DNA of 62,543 bases, the filler included. It is 7 parts of 7 records of this genome, joined end to end, with 100 filler letters (N's around TTAATTAATTAA, not from the genome) between each part and the next. Parts side by side here need not be neighbours in the genome. Positions count along the whole stretch, not along the records: positions 49,210 to 54,383 come from SRR31147125_20703; positions 54,484 to 62,543 come from SRR31147125_20768; 5 more parts are not named here. One strand, 5' to 3'. Below the pieces are notes generated by a model. The model saw only the letters and a program-made list of their open reading frames with translations. It was not told the origin of the DNA and did no database searches. The position numbers and the translations under genes are program-made. This document shows positions 53,795 through 62,543 of this stretch, in pieces (positions within the stretch are counted from its first letter, which is position 1; each line of letters begins with the position of its first letter).

Positions 53795-54310
53795 CTAAAT
53801 TCCCTCAAAAATCTCCAATATCTCCCCAAAATAGATGCGGTGATAGTCCTTTTTCGGATATTTTTTCTCAATACCGTCATCGAGAAAATGTTCTGGTTCC
53901 ATATCATCCCAGTAGATCTTTCGGCATTCCAGGATCAGGTTTGCTTCCGCGAATCCAGGTGCGGCGATGTTTTTTGAGGCAATGGGTGTCAGACCGGATT
54001 CTTTGATCTTATCCACGTCACGGCCGGATTTCGTGCCCATAAACTGCAGTGTCTTTTTATACTCTGCGGGAAAAGCACACAGGGTGAATGTGTCGTATTC
54101 TTTCATCAGCGTAAAAGTATGTCGTGTTGGCCGTACCACAACCTGGGCAAAGGGCTTATTCCACATCACACCAAGACTTCCCCATGCCACAGTCATTGGA
54201 TTCATGATTCCTTGTTTTAAATCACCACAGGTCAGTAATAACCATTTGTTTATCCAGAGATCCAAAGCTCTGGGGGAAAATTCTTCAAAGGGTATGGATT
54301 TTCGTTCCAC
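53795..54310 (-). CDS. Flavin reductase-like (DIM6/NTAB) protein
   Basis: NPMTVAWG, VRPTRHT, GTKSGRDVDK, LECRK, YHRIYFGEI. Confidence 0.88.
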   Translation of the reverse strand: MERKSIPFEEFSPRALDLWINKWLLLTCGDLKQGIMNPMTVAWGSLGVMWNKPFAQVVVRPTRHTFTLMKEYDTFTLCAFPAEYKKTLQFMGTKSGRDVDKIKESGLTPIASKNIAAPGFAEANLILECRKIYWDDMEPEHFLDDGIEKKYPKKDYHRIYFGEILEIFEGI

Positions 54311-54359
54311 GTTTTTGCTCCATTTTTTTCGAGGTTTTAATCAATAAACAAATTCAATC

Positions 54360-54383
54360 TCCGTCACAAACTGCAGTTTGGGA
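54360..54383. repeat. Third copy of the REP-like palindrome at contig break
   Basis: TCCGTCACAAACTGCAGTTTGGGA. Confidence 0.75.
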
Positions 54384-54483
54384 NNNNNNNNNNNNNNNNN
54401 NNNNNNNNNNNNNNNNNNNNNNNNNNNTTAATTAATTAANNNNNNNNNNNNNNNNNNNNNNNNNNNNNNNNNNNNNNNNNNNN
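54384..54483. other. Artificial contig spacer
   Basis: N44-TTAATTAATTAA-N44. Confidence 0.99.
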
Positions 54484-54539
54484 AGCCGGCCTGACCGCTA
54501 ACGGGTATCGAGTCGTTATCCCTCGCATGATAAGATAAA

Positions 54540-55247
54540 ATGAACCCTTCAAAATTTCCATCGCCATTGACACAGGTTGTGCTAAACGGGAAAAAAGGCA
54601 AACGCACGGTGACGTTGCCAAGCCAGGAACGATTTCGCCTTAAAAATATATTTTCCGATCATGAATATTTAATCAAGCAAACCTATTTGCCCAGCACGCC
54701 CATCACTGTCGTGGACATCGGTGCCAATGTAGGACTGTTCGCGCTCTATATGCAGATGGCCCAGTCCGTCGACACCATTCATTGCTTTGAGCCCAGCCCT
54801 TCATCCGTCGAACTGCTGAGACAAAATACCGCCGATTTCGAGAACCTTCACATCCATTCTTACGGGCTTGCCAACCGGAATGGTCGTTCCTCGCTTAGGC
54901 TCCATCATAAAAACTCGGGCGAGAACAAGATCGTAATGGAAGAGGTCGACGGTACCGAGAATATAGAAGTGCAGATCCGCGATTCGGCAACTACTTTCAG
55001 TCGACTGGGATTGACCTACATCGATGTGTTGAAGATTGATACCGAAGGATGCGAGGTAGAGATTCTGGAAAGTCTGGGGCCACGGCTCGACTATGTCGGC
55101 ATTATCTTGCTAGAGTATCACAGCGAATCCGACCGGCGCCATGTCGATCAACTGCTTTCCCGGTTTACTTTATTCGGGGCCAAGGTGGAGGCGATGAATT
55201 TGGGAACGCTCAAGTACATCAACCAACGGCTTTTGGGAAACGGGTGA
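54540..55247 (+). CDS. FkbM-family SAM methyltransferase
   Basis: VVDIGANVGLF, FEPSP, LKIDTEGCE, LEYH. Confidence 0.9.
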   Translation: MNPSKFPSPLTQVVLNGKKGKRTVTLPSQERFRLKNIFSDHEYLIKQTYLPSTPITVVDIGANVGLFALYMQMAQSVDTIHCFEPSPSSVELLRQNTADFENLHIHSYGLANRNGRSSLRLHHKNSGENKIVMEEVDGTENIEVQIRDSATTFSRLGLTYIDVLKIDTEGCEVEILESLGPRLDYVGIILLEYHSESDRRHVDQLLSRFTLFGAKVEAMNLGTLKYINQRLLGNG

Positions 55248-55356
55248 GTCGGTGGGCCCCCAGGCATCTCATTTCTTTCAAAAATATCAAATGATAATTT
55301 GAATTTTTTTTGGCTTGACCGGATTGCTAAAGGATGGTCTATTATCAATAGGCTGT

Positions 55357-55371
55357 CCATTCAATGAATGG
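55357..55371. promoter_or_regulatory. Perfect palindrome CCATTCA-A-TGAATGG, candidate operator
   Basis: Downstream of TTGACC (55315) and upstream of wHTH regulator. Confidence 0.45.
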
Positions 55372-55546
55372 TTAATTCTTTAGGCCCAACTTGCCCGCCC
55401 ACCGCTCAGTGGATGGCAAAACCCCTCGTATCCACTGGGTAATGCGCCAGGCGCCGATACGGTCCCAACCAGATACCATCGTTACTCGGACAGGTTAATG
55501 CCGCCCCATGTCCTGCCGTTATCAACAACTGACAGGTTCACGACGT

Positions 55547-56170
55547 ATGATTAAACCTTTTGATCTTAATTTTTTCAGCCCGACGAAACAGTCCCGACTA
55601 CTTTCCGTACTTTTTTCCATTTTCGAGGAACCGGATGGCAGCCAACATAAAATTGCCATGAACACCAATCTCAGCAGTTCCATGGTCAATAACTACATCA
55701 AGTGGATGAAAAAAGAAGGGCTGATCAACATAAAGGGAAATACCAATCGCACCAAGCAGTATCACCTTTCAGAAGCCGGACGGCTAATGCTCCGGCAGTC
55801 ACTTTTGGATTATTCAGCTGAGATCGTGCGTTTATACGGCAGTGTAAAAACCGAAATAGCTAACATTCTAAAAGTTTTTTATAACGAAGGAATTCGGACG
55901 GTTGTGCTGTTCGGCGTGGCCGAAACAGCGGAAATCGTTTACGCCGCCGCCAAACGGACCACGTTGGCGATAATTGGGGTTGTGGACAACGACAAATCGA
56001 AACAGGGCACCCTCTTCAATGGCCTGGAAATCCTTTCCCCCAAGGCCATTCAAGACATCCAGCCCGACGCGGTGGTGATTACTTCCTTTGGTAAACAGGA
56101 AGAAATTTATCGGCAAGTGAGGGAGATCTCCGGCGGCGTCATTAAAATTAGAAAGTTGTCCGATATCTGA
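55547..56170 (+). CDS. Winged-helix (MarR-like) regulator with C-terminal Rossmann/CoA-binding-like domain
   Basis: SQHKIA..SMVNNYIK..Y.LSEAG; VVLFGVAE, GVVDND, DAVVITS. Confidence 0.8.
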   Translation: MIKPFDLNFFSPTKQSRLLSVLFSIFEEPDGSQHKIAMNTNLSSSMVNNYIKWMKKEGLINIKGNTNRTKQYHLSEAGRLMLRQSLLDYSAEIVRLYGSVKTEIANILKVFYNEGIRTVVLFGVAETAEIVYAAAKRTTLAIIGVVDNDKSKQGTLFNGLEILSPKAIQDIQPDAVVITSFGKQEEIYRQVREISGGVIKIRKLSDI

Positions 56171-56220
56171 TGGGAGCTTCATTTATCGGGCATTCAAGCA
56201 ACCTCTCCTGAAAGACAACT

Positions 56221-57144
56221 GTGGTTGAATTGGAAGCATATAAAAAGAAATCGGATGCCCATCCATCAAGGGTCATCATTGGCCATAAGCGCGTGGGGCA
56301 CAGCCATCCCCTCTACCTGGTCGCGGAGATCGGAATTAATCACAATGGGTCTCTGGAAACGGCATTATCCCTGATTGACGTCGCTGCTAAGGCCGGTTGT
56401 GATGCCGTTAAGTTCCAGAAACGGTCTCCGGAGCATTGTGTCCCTTTCCGCCAACGCCATCTGCAACGTGAAACACCCTGGGGGCGGATGACCTATCTGC
56501 AATATCGCCATCGCATGGAATTCGGACGCGATGAATACGACACTATCGACAAGTATTGTCGAGATTGTGGAATCGACTGGTTTGTTTCTTGCTGGGATAA
56601 GCAATCAGTTGAATTTATGAGTTATTATAGGCCGGTCTGCTACAAGATTGCTTCCGCTTGTCTAACCGACGATGAGCTGCTGACACTTATTCGGCGCCAG
56701 CACAAGCCAGTGATTCTTTCCACCGGCATGTCAACTATGGAAGAAATTCGCAGAGCGGTCTCGAAGCTTGATCGTGAGCATTTACTGGTGGTGCATACCA
56801 CGAGCAATTACCGGGGCAATCCTGAAGAGCTGAACCTGTCGATGATTCATACCCTCAAGCAAGAATTCGGATGCAATGTCGGCTATTCCGGGCACGAGGA
56901 AGGGACCGTGGCAACCATCGCCGCTGTTTCCCTGGGGGCCTGCTATGTGGAACGCCACATCACGTTGGATCGATGCATGTGGGGCAGTGATCATGGTATC
57001 TCCCTGGAACCGAACGAACTGACCCAGATGGTAGCGGATATCCGTTTGGTGGAAAAAGCGATAGGTGACGGGATCAAGCGTGTTTACGAAAGCGAACGCG
57101 AGACACTTGAAAAATTGAGAAATTATCGCCCTTTCAATCCATGA
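56221..57144 (+). CDS. N-acetylneuraminate synthase-family (NeuB-like) nonulosonic acid synthase, no C-terminal SAF domain
   Basis: AEIGINHNG, DAVKFQKR, KIASA, ILSTGMS, GYSGHE, ERHITLD. Confidence 0.92.
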   Translation: MVELEAYKKKSDAHPSRVIIGHKRVGHSHPLYLVAEIGINHNGSLETALSLIDVAAKAGCDAVKFQKRSPEHCVPFRQRHLQRETPWGRMTYLQYRHRMEFGRDEYDTIDKYCRDCGIDWFVSCWDKQSVEFMSYYRPVCYKIASACLTDDELLTLIRRQHKPVILSTGMSTMEEIRRAVSKLDREHLLVVHTTSNYRGNPEELNLSMIHTLKQEFGCNVGYSGHEEGTVATIAAVSLGACYVERHITLDRCMWGSDHGISLEPNELTQMVADIRLVEKAIGDGIKRVYESERETLEKLRNYRPFNP

Positions 57145-57332
57145 CTGCCTGGCGGGTAGGTTGATAATCCTATAATCTGTTCTGCCTCAAATTACCTATC
57201 GACCATTGATTGCCGCGGATAAATAACACAACCTACCAGTGAGTTACATGCATTTATGAGTTGTAACCGAACAGGCGGAGCCATGCCCTGCGACAAGCGA
57301 CGCCACCCATATGGGGATTCCAGACGAACAGC

Positions 57333-58282
57333 ATGAAAATATTAATGATCGCCATCAACGATCCGGCAGGGACGGCCGTTGAATTCACCAAGGCCATCAA
57401 TAGACATACGGAACATAGCTGCCGGCTCATTACCAAGGAAATCCGCTATAACTTCATGTTCGAGAAGGATCTGCATCTGCCTTGGCTGGATGCAAGCGGC
57501 TGGGATGAAGTGGGAGAACTACTTTTAACCAGCGATGTCTTTCACTTCCATATGACCGCCGATGAATATACCGCCCTCGGTCCTTTTGTACCGGTTGACT
57601 ACATCAAGCGTAAAAAGATTGTCCACCATCACCACGGCCATCCGGATTTCAGGGGGAATCCACAAAAGTACCGCCAGAAATACAAGGCCCGCAGGCGACG
57701 TAATTTGCTGGTTAGCACACCGGACCTGCTGAAACTTTTGCCTGAGGCCCGCTGGCAACCCAACCTGGTGCCGATAGACGCCCCCCTGTACACACCACTG
57801 GAGAACAAAGCGGATGCGCCGATTGTCATTTGCCATTCCCCGACCAGGAAAGACCTGAAAAACACGGCCGAATTCATTGCGGCAGTCGTGGATTTGAAAA
57901 AAAGGCTCCCGTTGACATCGATCTAAGGTTGATCGAAAACACTTTGCACAAAACGTGTCTGCGTTTGAAGCGCGAGAGTCATATTCTGTTCGATCATTTG
58001 CAGGGGTATTACGGTGTAAGCAGTCTCGAGGGGCTGAGCCAGGGGCTTGCGGTTGTTGCCGGCATAGATTCCTGGTGCCGGAGCCATATCCGTGAATGGA
58101 CGAATATTGAAGATCTGCCATGGGTGGTCAGCGACAGATCCTTTTTTACCCGTTGCCTGCGAGACTTGATCTCTGACAGCAGCCTTCTTCAGGCCATTGG
58201 CGCGAAGTCCCGGGAGTTTATGGAAACGCACTGGAATGCCCCTCTGGTGATTGAAAAGTTAGTTGGCTGCTACTTGGAATAG
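57333..58282 (+). CDS. GT-B glycosyltransferase-like protein; frameshift at A7 ~57897-57903
   Basis: HHHGHPD, VSTPDL, HSPT...K, then FDHLQGYYGVSSLEGLSQG. Confidence 0.75.
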
Positions 58283-58326
58283 AACCAATATGCAAGCCTG
58301 ATGCAATTTTTAGGGTTGGAAGACAG

Positions 58327-59070
58327 ATGAGTCATCAGCGAGAAAAAAGGCGGCGATCGGTAGCGTCGGGCGAAACGGTGATGGCTTTTATCCCGGCCCG
58401 GGCTGGGTCCAAGGGGATCGTTGGCAAGAACTGCAGACTGCTGGCTGGAAAGCCTCTCGTGGCTTACTCAATCCTGGCGGCCGTTACGTCGCGTCTAATC
58501 GAACGTGTGGTCGTATCCACGGATTGCCCCGAAATCGCAAGGGTTTCACGTGAGTGGGGCGCCGAGGTTCCTTTCATGCGGCCAAACCATCTGGCCACAG
58601 ATAGTGCCCCCACTGTTTCAGCATTAGACTATACGCTGCAACGCTTGGAGGCGGGGGGATATGTACCTGATGTGGTCGTTGAACTCTATCCCACCAGCCC
58701 ATTTAGACCCGCTGGAATGTTAGATAAACTCATTAGATATGGACGGCGAGCCTGTTGTGTTCAGACCGTAAAGCCCATCACGCGTGAAAATGGGCAATTT
58801 TTCCAGCACGAGGGAGGCGCTTTTTCCTACGTCGGTGAGGATCGGGTGGGCAGTCATCGTTTTTTGCGTAGTACAGGACTTGGAACCGTTCACAGTTCGA
58901 AGGAACGCCTTTTTCCATGGTATTTTTACATGGTGAATGATCAAATTTGCAATGTCGATATCGACGAGCCACGGGATTGGGCGCTGGCAGAGGAGATCCT
59001 CGGCCGAAAGCTTTTCGATTTGGGTGGGCGTAATGATTACGTTGACGCCAGTGTACAGGGCCTTTGCTGA
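58327..59070 (+). CDS. Acylneuraminate cytidylyltransferase (NeuA family)
   Basis: IPARAGSKGI..KN, VSTD, PFMRP..LATD, LYPTSPFR, VDIDEPRD. Confidence 0.9.
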   Translation: MSHQREKRRRSVASGETVMAFIPARAGSKGIVGKNCRLLAGKPLVAYSILAAVTSRLIERVVVSTDCPEIARVSREWGAEVPFMRPNHLATDSAPTVSALDYTLQRLEAGGYVPDVVVELYPTSPFRPAGMLDKLIRYGRRACCVQTVKPITRENGQFFQHEGGAFSYVGEDRVGSHRFLRSTGLGTVHSSKERLFPWYFYMVNDQICNVDIDEPRDWALAEEILGRKLFDLGGRNDYVDASVQGLC

Positions 59071-60195
59071 GAAAGAATTGAGTCAAAAGAGCCTGATGCG
59101 CATCCTACGGCATTCATTTGAGAACGTATTGGGCTTCGGGGCAGCGACTCGACGTCTGGTTTTCAGCGATGATGAGGCCATCCTGGGATTGGCCGGCAGG
59201 ATGGGGTTGACTCCCTTTCGGATCCGGGACCTATAGGAAGCGTTCTGCCGTTGCCCGATGCGGAGGGCATGGAATGGCTTAAGAGGGTGCTTCCACAGGC
59301 TGATGAGCCGGTAATGCTCATCGATCACCGTAATCCCGCCCTTGCTCCTGCCTTGCTCGAGGCTTTCGCCGCCGCCTATTCCAAATCTCCCGATCGGCCT
59401 CTCATCTCCGTGCGGGCCTGCCATGACCATCCATGCCAATATTTTCAGGCCCGCTCGTTGGTCGATTCGGGCGTGATGGCCGTCTGCCTCCCCACTGCCG
59501 CTGGATTGTTTGCCAGTAATTATTTGCCGCCGGAGTTGATTCATTTATATGAGCTCGAGTTCAATGATAGTCTGTTTCGTTTTCGTGTTGAAGAAGGCGG
59601 TATCCGGTTGGAAGTCAGCAGGCGGCTGGCAGGTACCGAGAAATCCGATGGTGAATGTGTGTTGGTCGGCCTGGGAGGAAATGAAAGGCCATTGTTTTCG
59701 ATTCTCGTGAATGGGCGCAACGCTCATTTTCTGGAGCCGGCACCGCTTACGACTGATAATCTAATCGTTTCTTTTTACTTTCCAAAAACAAAAATATGTC
59801 TCGATACGAAAAAAAACACGTTTTCCTTCCCTGAGGATATTGATGATCTATCGAACGAGGTTGTCGGCGGATTCTTTACAATTACCCGGAACGTCGAAAA
59901 TGGATATGCTGATCAAAAAAAACGCTATCAGCCGCCTAACGCCAACTGGAAATTAGTGGAGAACGCCCTTTTTAACAAACGGACAAGGACGATTATAGGT
60001 GGTCGGCAAGGATTTCCTGCTGCGTACGAAGAAGATGGATCGCTGATGGTCTCCGATATACATAATGGCATTGATGATATGCATCTGAGTGCGGTTGCAT
60101 GTTATCCATTAAGTGATGGCGAGAGCATGATTATATCGACGGAATTTGATGTGATCCGCTATGAAGTCAACCGCAAGTGGGGGGCACCATGTTAG
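59033..60195 (+). CDS. Degenerate cytidylyltransferase-like protein with large insertion; frameshift at GGG ~59226
   Basis: LVFSDD, DHRNP, ISV..DHPCQ and GRQGFPAAYEEDGSL echo the NeuA scaffold; PAR.GSK motif absent. Confidence 0.55.
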
Positions 60196-60593
60196 ACACG
60201 CTGAGTCAGTTGGTGCGACGGCTGACGGACCGTTTTTGTGACGGCATTGTCGATGAAAAGCAGTTTGATGATGCCATGCGTGAGTTTGATCGGCTGGAGA
60301 TGGCCATCGAACTAACCAAAGAAAGGTTGCGCGCCGTGTCGCTCATTGGCGCACAAGGGGCAAGGAAAGATGCTGGCAAGCACGATGGCCATCGATGCCT
60401 GGGTCGTGCTGAAGAGAAGTTGTTTCGCTTGGGCTGGGAATTGCGTGAAAGTTTTTCCGAGGCGATTTCGGCTCAGGCCGGACGTTACCTGGATGAGATA
60501 AAAAACGAACGCGCTTATCGTGCTCTGAGAATTTATTGGTGTTGCCGGCCCGGTGCATCTGTGGTGTTACCGCGGGTTAACGCTTCCCGATAG
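60189..60593 (+). CDS. Hypothetical helical protein
   Basis: Fills the gap between co-oriented genes with overlapping start. Confidence 0.5.
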   Translation: MLDTLSQLVRRLTDRFCDGIVDEKQFDDAMREFDRLEMAIELTKERLRAVSLIGAQGARKDAGKHDGHRCLGRAEEKLFRLGWELRESFSEAISAQAGRYLDEIKNERAYRALRIYWCCRPGASVVLPRVNASR

Positions 60594-60612
60594 CAACGAG
60601 TGTGGAGTCAAC

Positions 60613-61593
60613 ATGGAACGCATATTACTGACCGGCGGAGCTGGATTTATTGGTGCTTACATTTCGCGCTTGTTGATAGAAATGGGGCATGAAGTCATCA
60701 CCTATGACGCATTTATTCAATATATGTCTCCATTTGACAGTAAGTACCAGCGGCATCTGGAAAACAGATTCAAGGACATCCGTCAGGATATCAAATTCCT
60801 GCGTGGTGATACCCGAGATGCAAACGAGGTGCGAAAAGTCATTCATGCCTACAAGCCGGATCGTATCCTTCATCTGGCCGCATTGCCAATCGCCGACATC
60901 GCATTTTCCAATCCCGAGGAAGCGATCAGCAGCATCCTAACCGGTACGGTAAATGTCCTTACCGCCGTTGCTGAGGTCGATTGTATTGAGCGCTTCGTTT
61001 ATTTCTCATCGTCCATGGTTTATGGCGATTTCGAACATACGCCTGCCGACGAGCAACACCCCAAACGGCCGAAGGACGTGTACGGCGGAGCAAAACTCGC
61101 CGGTGAAACGCTGACCGGAACATATGGCCGGCGATACAATATCCCCTATACGATCATTCGTCCCTCGGCAGTGTACGGTCCTACGGATACGAATCGCCGG
61201 GTGAGTCAGATCTTTCTGGAGAATGCCCAGGCTGGCTTGCCGGTCGTTTTGCATGGAGATGTTTCTCTGGACTTCACGTATATCATGGACATAGCTCGAG
61301 GAAGCGTTCTTGCCACGTTTTCCGAAAAGGCGGTTAACGAAACTTTCAATATTACACGCGGCGAAGGAAAAACTTTGCGTGAGTACGCCGAGGTGCTGCA
61401 AGAATTCTATCCGGATCTGGACATCCAGGTGGCCAATGCATCCACCTTCAGGCCTAAACGCGGTGCCCTGGATATTTCCAAGGCAAGAGCGTTGCTTGGA
61501 TACGATCCGCAATACGGCATCGAGCAGGGCATCGCCGAATACGTGGAGTATATCAAAGAGATGAATGGGTGCAGCCGATATGAAAGCGTTTAA
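60613..61593 (+). CDS. NAD-dependent epimerase/dehydratase
   Basis: TGGAGFIG, HLAA, SSSMVYG, YGGAK, VYGP. Confidence 0.92.
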   Translation: MERILLTGGAGFIGAYISRLLIEMGHEVITYDAFIQYMSPFDSKYQRHLENRFKDIRQDIKFLRGDTRDANEVRKVIHAYKPDRILHLAALPIADIAFSNPEEAISSILTGTVNVLTAVAEVDCIERFVYFSSSMVYGDFEHTPADEQHPKRPKDVYGGAKLAGETLTGTYGRRYNIPYTIIRPSAVYGPTDTNRRVSQIFLENAQAGLPVVLHGDVSLDFTYIMDIARGSVLATFSEKAVNETFNITRGEGKTLREYAEVLQEFYPDLDIQVANASTFRPKRGALDISKARALLGYDPQYGIEQGIAEYVEYIKEMNGCSRYESV

Positions 61594-62543
61594 TGCACGA
61601 ACGATTCCGTTGTGCCGGTCTGCCATGGGCGCGGAAGAAGAGACCGCGGTGCTCAACGTCCTGCGTAGCGGATGGCTGACCGCGGGCCCCAAAGTCGCTG
61701 AATTCCAGCGCATGTTTGCCGAGTACCATGGCGTGCAACATGCCATTTGCATGAATTCATGCACCGCAGCGTTGTTTTTGACCCTATTGGCCAACGGCAT
61801 ACGAGGCGAAGTCATCTTGCCATCCTTCACTTTCGTCGCTTCAGCCAACGCCATCGCTTCTGCCGGGGCGACCCCGGTTTTCGCTGATATCGAGCGCGCT
61901 ACGCGCAACCTTGACCCCGCCGATGTAAAGCGGCGCATCACGGCACGGACCGAGGCCATCATGGCCGTACACTATGCCGGGCATGCTTGCGACATGGATG
62001 CCCTAAAGGGGGTGGCCGACAAGCATGGACTGCTGTTGATCGAGGACAGTGCGGAAACCATCGGCGGCGAGTGGCAAGGACGCAGGACCGGTTCGTTCGG
62101 GATCGGTTGTTTCTCCTTTTTCCCAACCAAGAACATAACCACGGGTGAGGGGGGGATGTTGACCACTAATGACGGGGCGATGGCCAGAAGGGTCGCCACC
62201 CTGATGGCTCATGGCGTGGAACGCTCTACGGCGCAACGGGTGAATTCAGATGTCTCCTGGGTGCGTGAAGCGGTGGTTCCGGGATACAATTTTCGATTGA
62301 GCGACATCCTGGCGGCCATCGGCGTGGAACAGATGAAGAAGCTGGATTCACTGAATGAAGCCCGGCGGATGCAAAGCCGCAAATTGATTGCTGCTTTGTC
62401 CGGTTTGCCTGGGGTGGAAATGCCTGTCGAGCTCGATGGCTGCAAGCATGTTTTCCAGATGTTCACTGTATTGGTCCCCCCGCTCGAAGGGGCAAGATAG
62501 TCATGAAGCTGAGGGAAATGGGCGTCGGGGCGAGCGTACACTT
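61580..62543 (+). CDS. DegT/DnrJ/EryC1/StrS PLP aminotransferase, 3' partial (apparent frameshift near 62488)
   Basis: NSCTAAL, TFVASANA, IEDSAE, SFFPTKNITTGEGG, GYNFR; continues KLREMGVGASVH in another frame. Confidence 0.92.

Noticed and set aside
24410-54483. Six identical TTAATTAATTAA motifs in N runs as a biological repeat, or cross-contig gene neighbourhoods
   Set aside because: They are artificial all-frame stop linkers; composition and gene style change at each, so adjacency across them is meaningless.
61006-61962. 318-aa minus-strand ORF and similar long antisense ORFs
   Set aside because: Shadows of well-supported genes on the opposite strand; no recognisable motifs.
9276-62500. 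Pseudogenes or programmed frameshifting in the fucosidase, ackA, rpoH, M56, S9 and GT genes
   Set aside because: Breaks fall in homopolymers in unrelated organisms and catalytic motifs are otherwise intact; sequencing error is more parsimonious.

Overview
This window is not one locus. It is seven unrelated contigs joined by artificial 100-bp spacers (N44-TTAATTAATTAA-N44), consistent with a metagenome. (A) 1-24409, AT-rich diderm bacterium: an ECF sigma/anti-sigma module with a probable local regulon (Spy/CpxP-like proteins, TonB-dependent receptor), then a ~15-kb minus-strand L-fucose bacterial microcompartment (BMC) locus. That locus has PduT-like and BMC-H shells, PduL, acylating aldehyde dehydrogenase, class II aldolase, acetate kinase, fucI, lutABC, FGGY kinase, a GH127-like lipoprotein and a GH29 fucosidase. 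(B) 24510-31077, Firmicutes-like: SipW-type signal peptidase fusion, DUF5305-like protein, beta-helix lipoprotein behind a CiaR-type box, DUF1566 lipoprotein, LytTR tail. (C) 31178-38749, Bacteroidota-like: BNR/VPS10 protein, blaI-M56 cassette, TonB receptor. (D) 38850-43974, a compact intron-dense eukaryote: Slm1-like BAR-PH gene, TRAIP orthologue, membrane protein. (E) 44075-49109, deltaproteobacterium-like: truncated glycoside hydrolase, RpoH-family sigma, receiver, SpoIIAA-like, PRC-barrel, acetate-CoA ligase tail. (F) 49210-54383: S9 peptidase, GH2, REP/MITE-like palindromes, flavin reductase. (G) 54484-62543, deltaproteobacterium-like nonulosonic acid/glycan cluster. Most split ORFs break at homopolymer runs and are probably sequencing errors. 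The best candidate for an under-described system is the fucose metabolosome wired directly to LutABC lactate oxidation and to a GH127-like enzyme of unknown specificity. Taxonomy and domain names come from motif recognition only; no searches were run.
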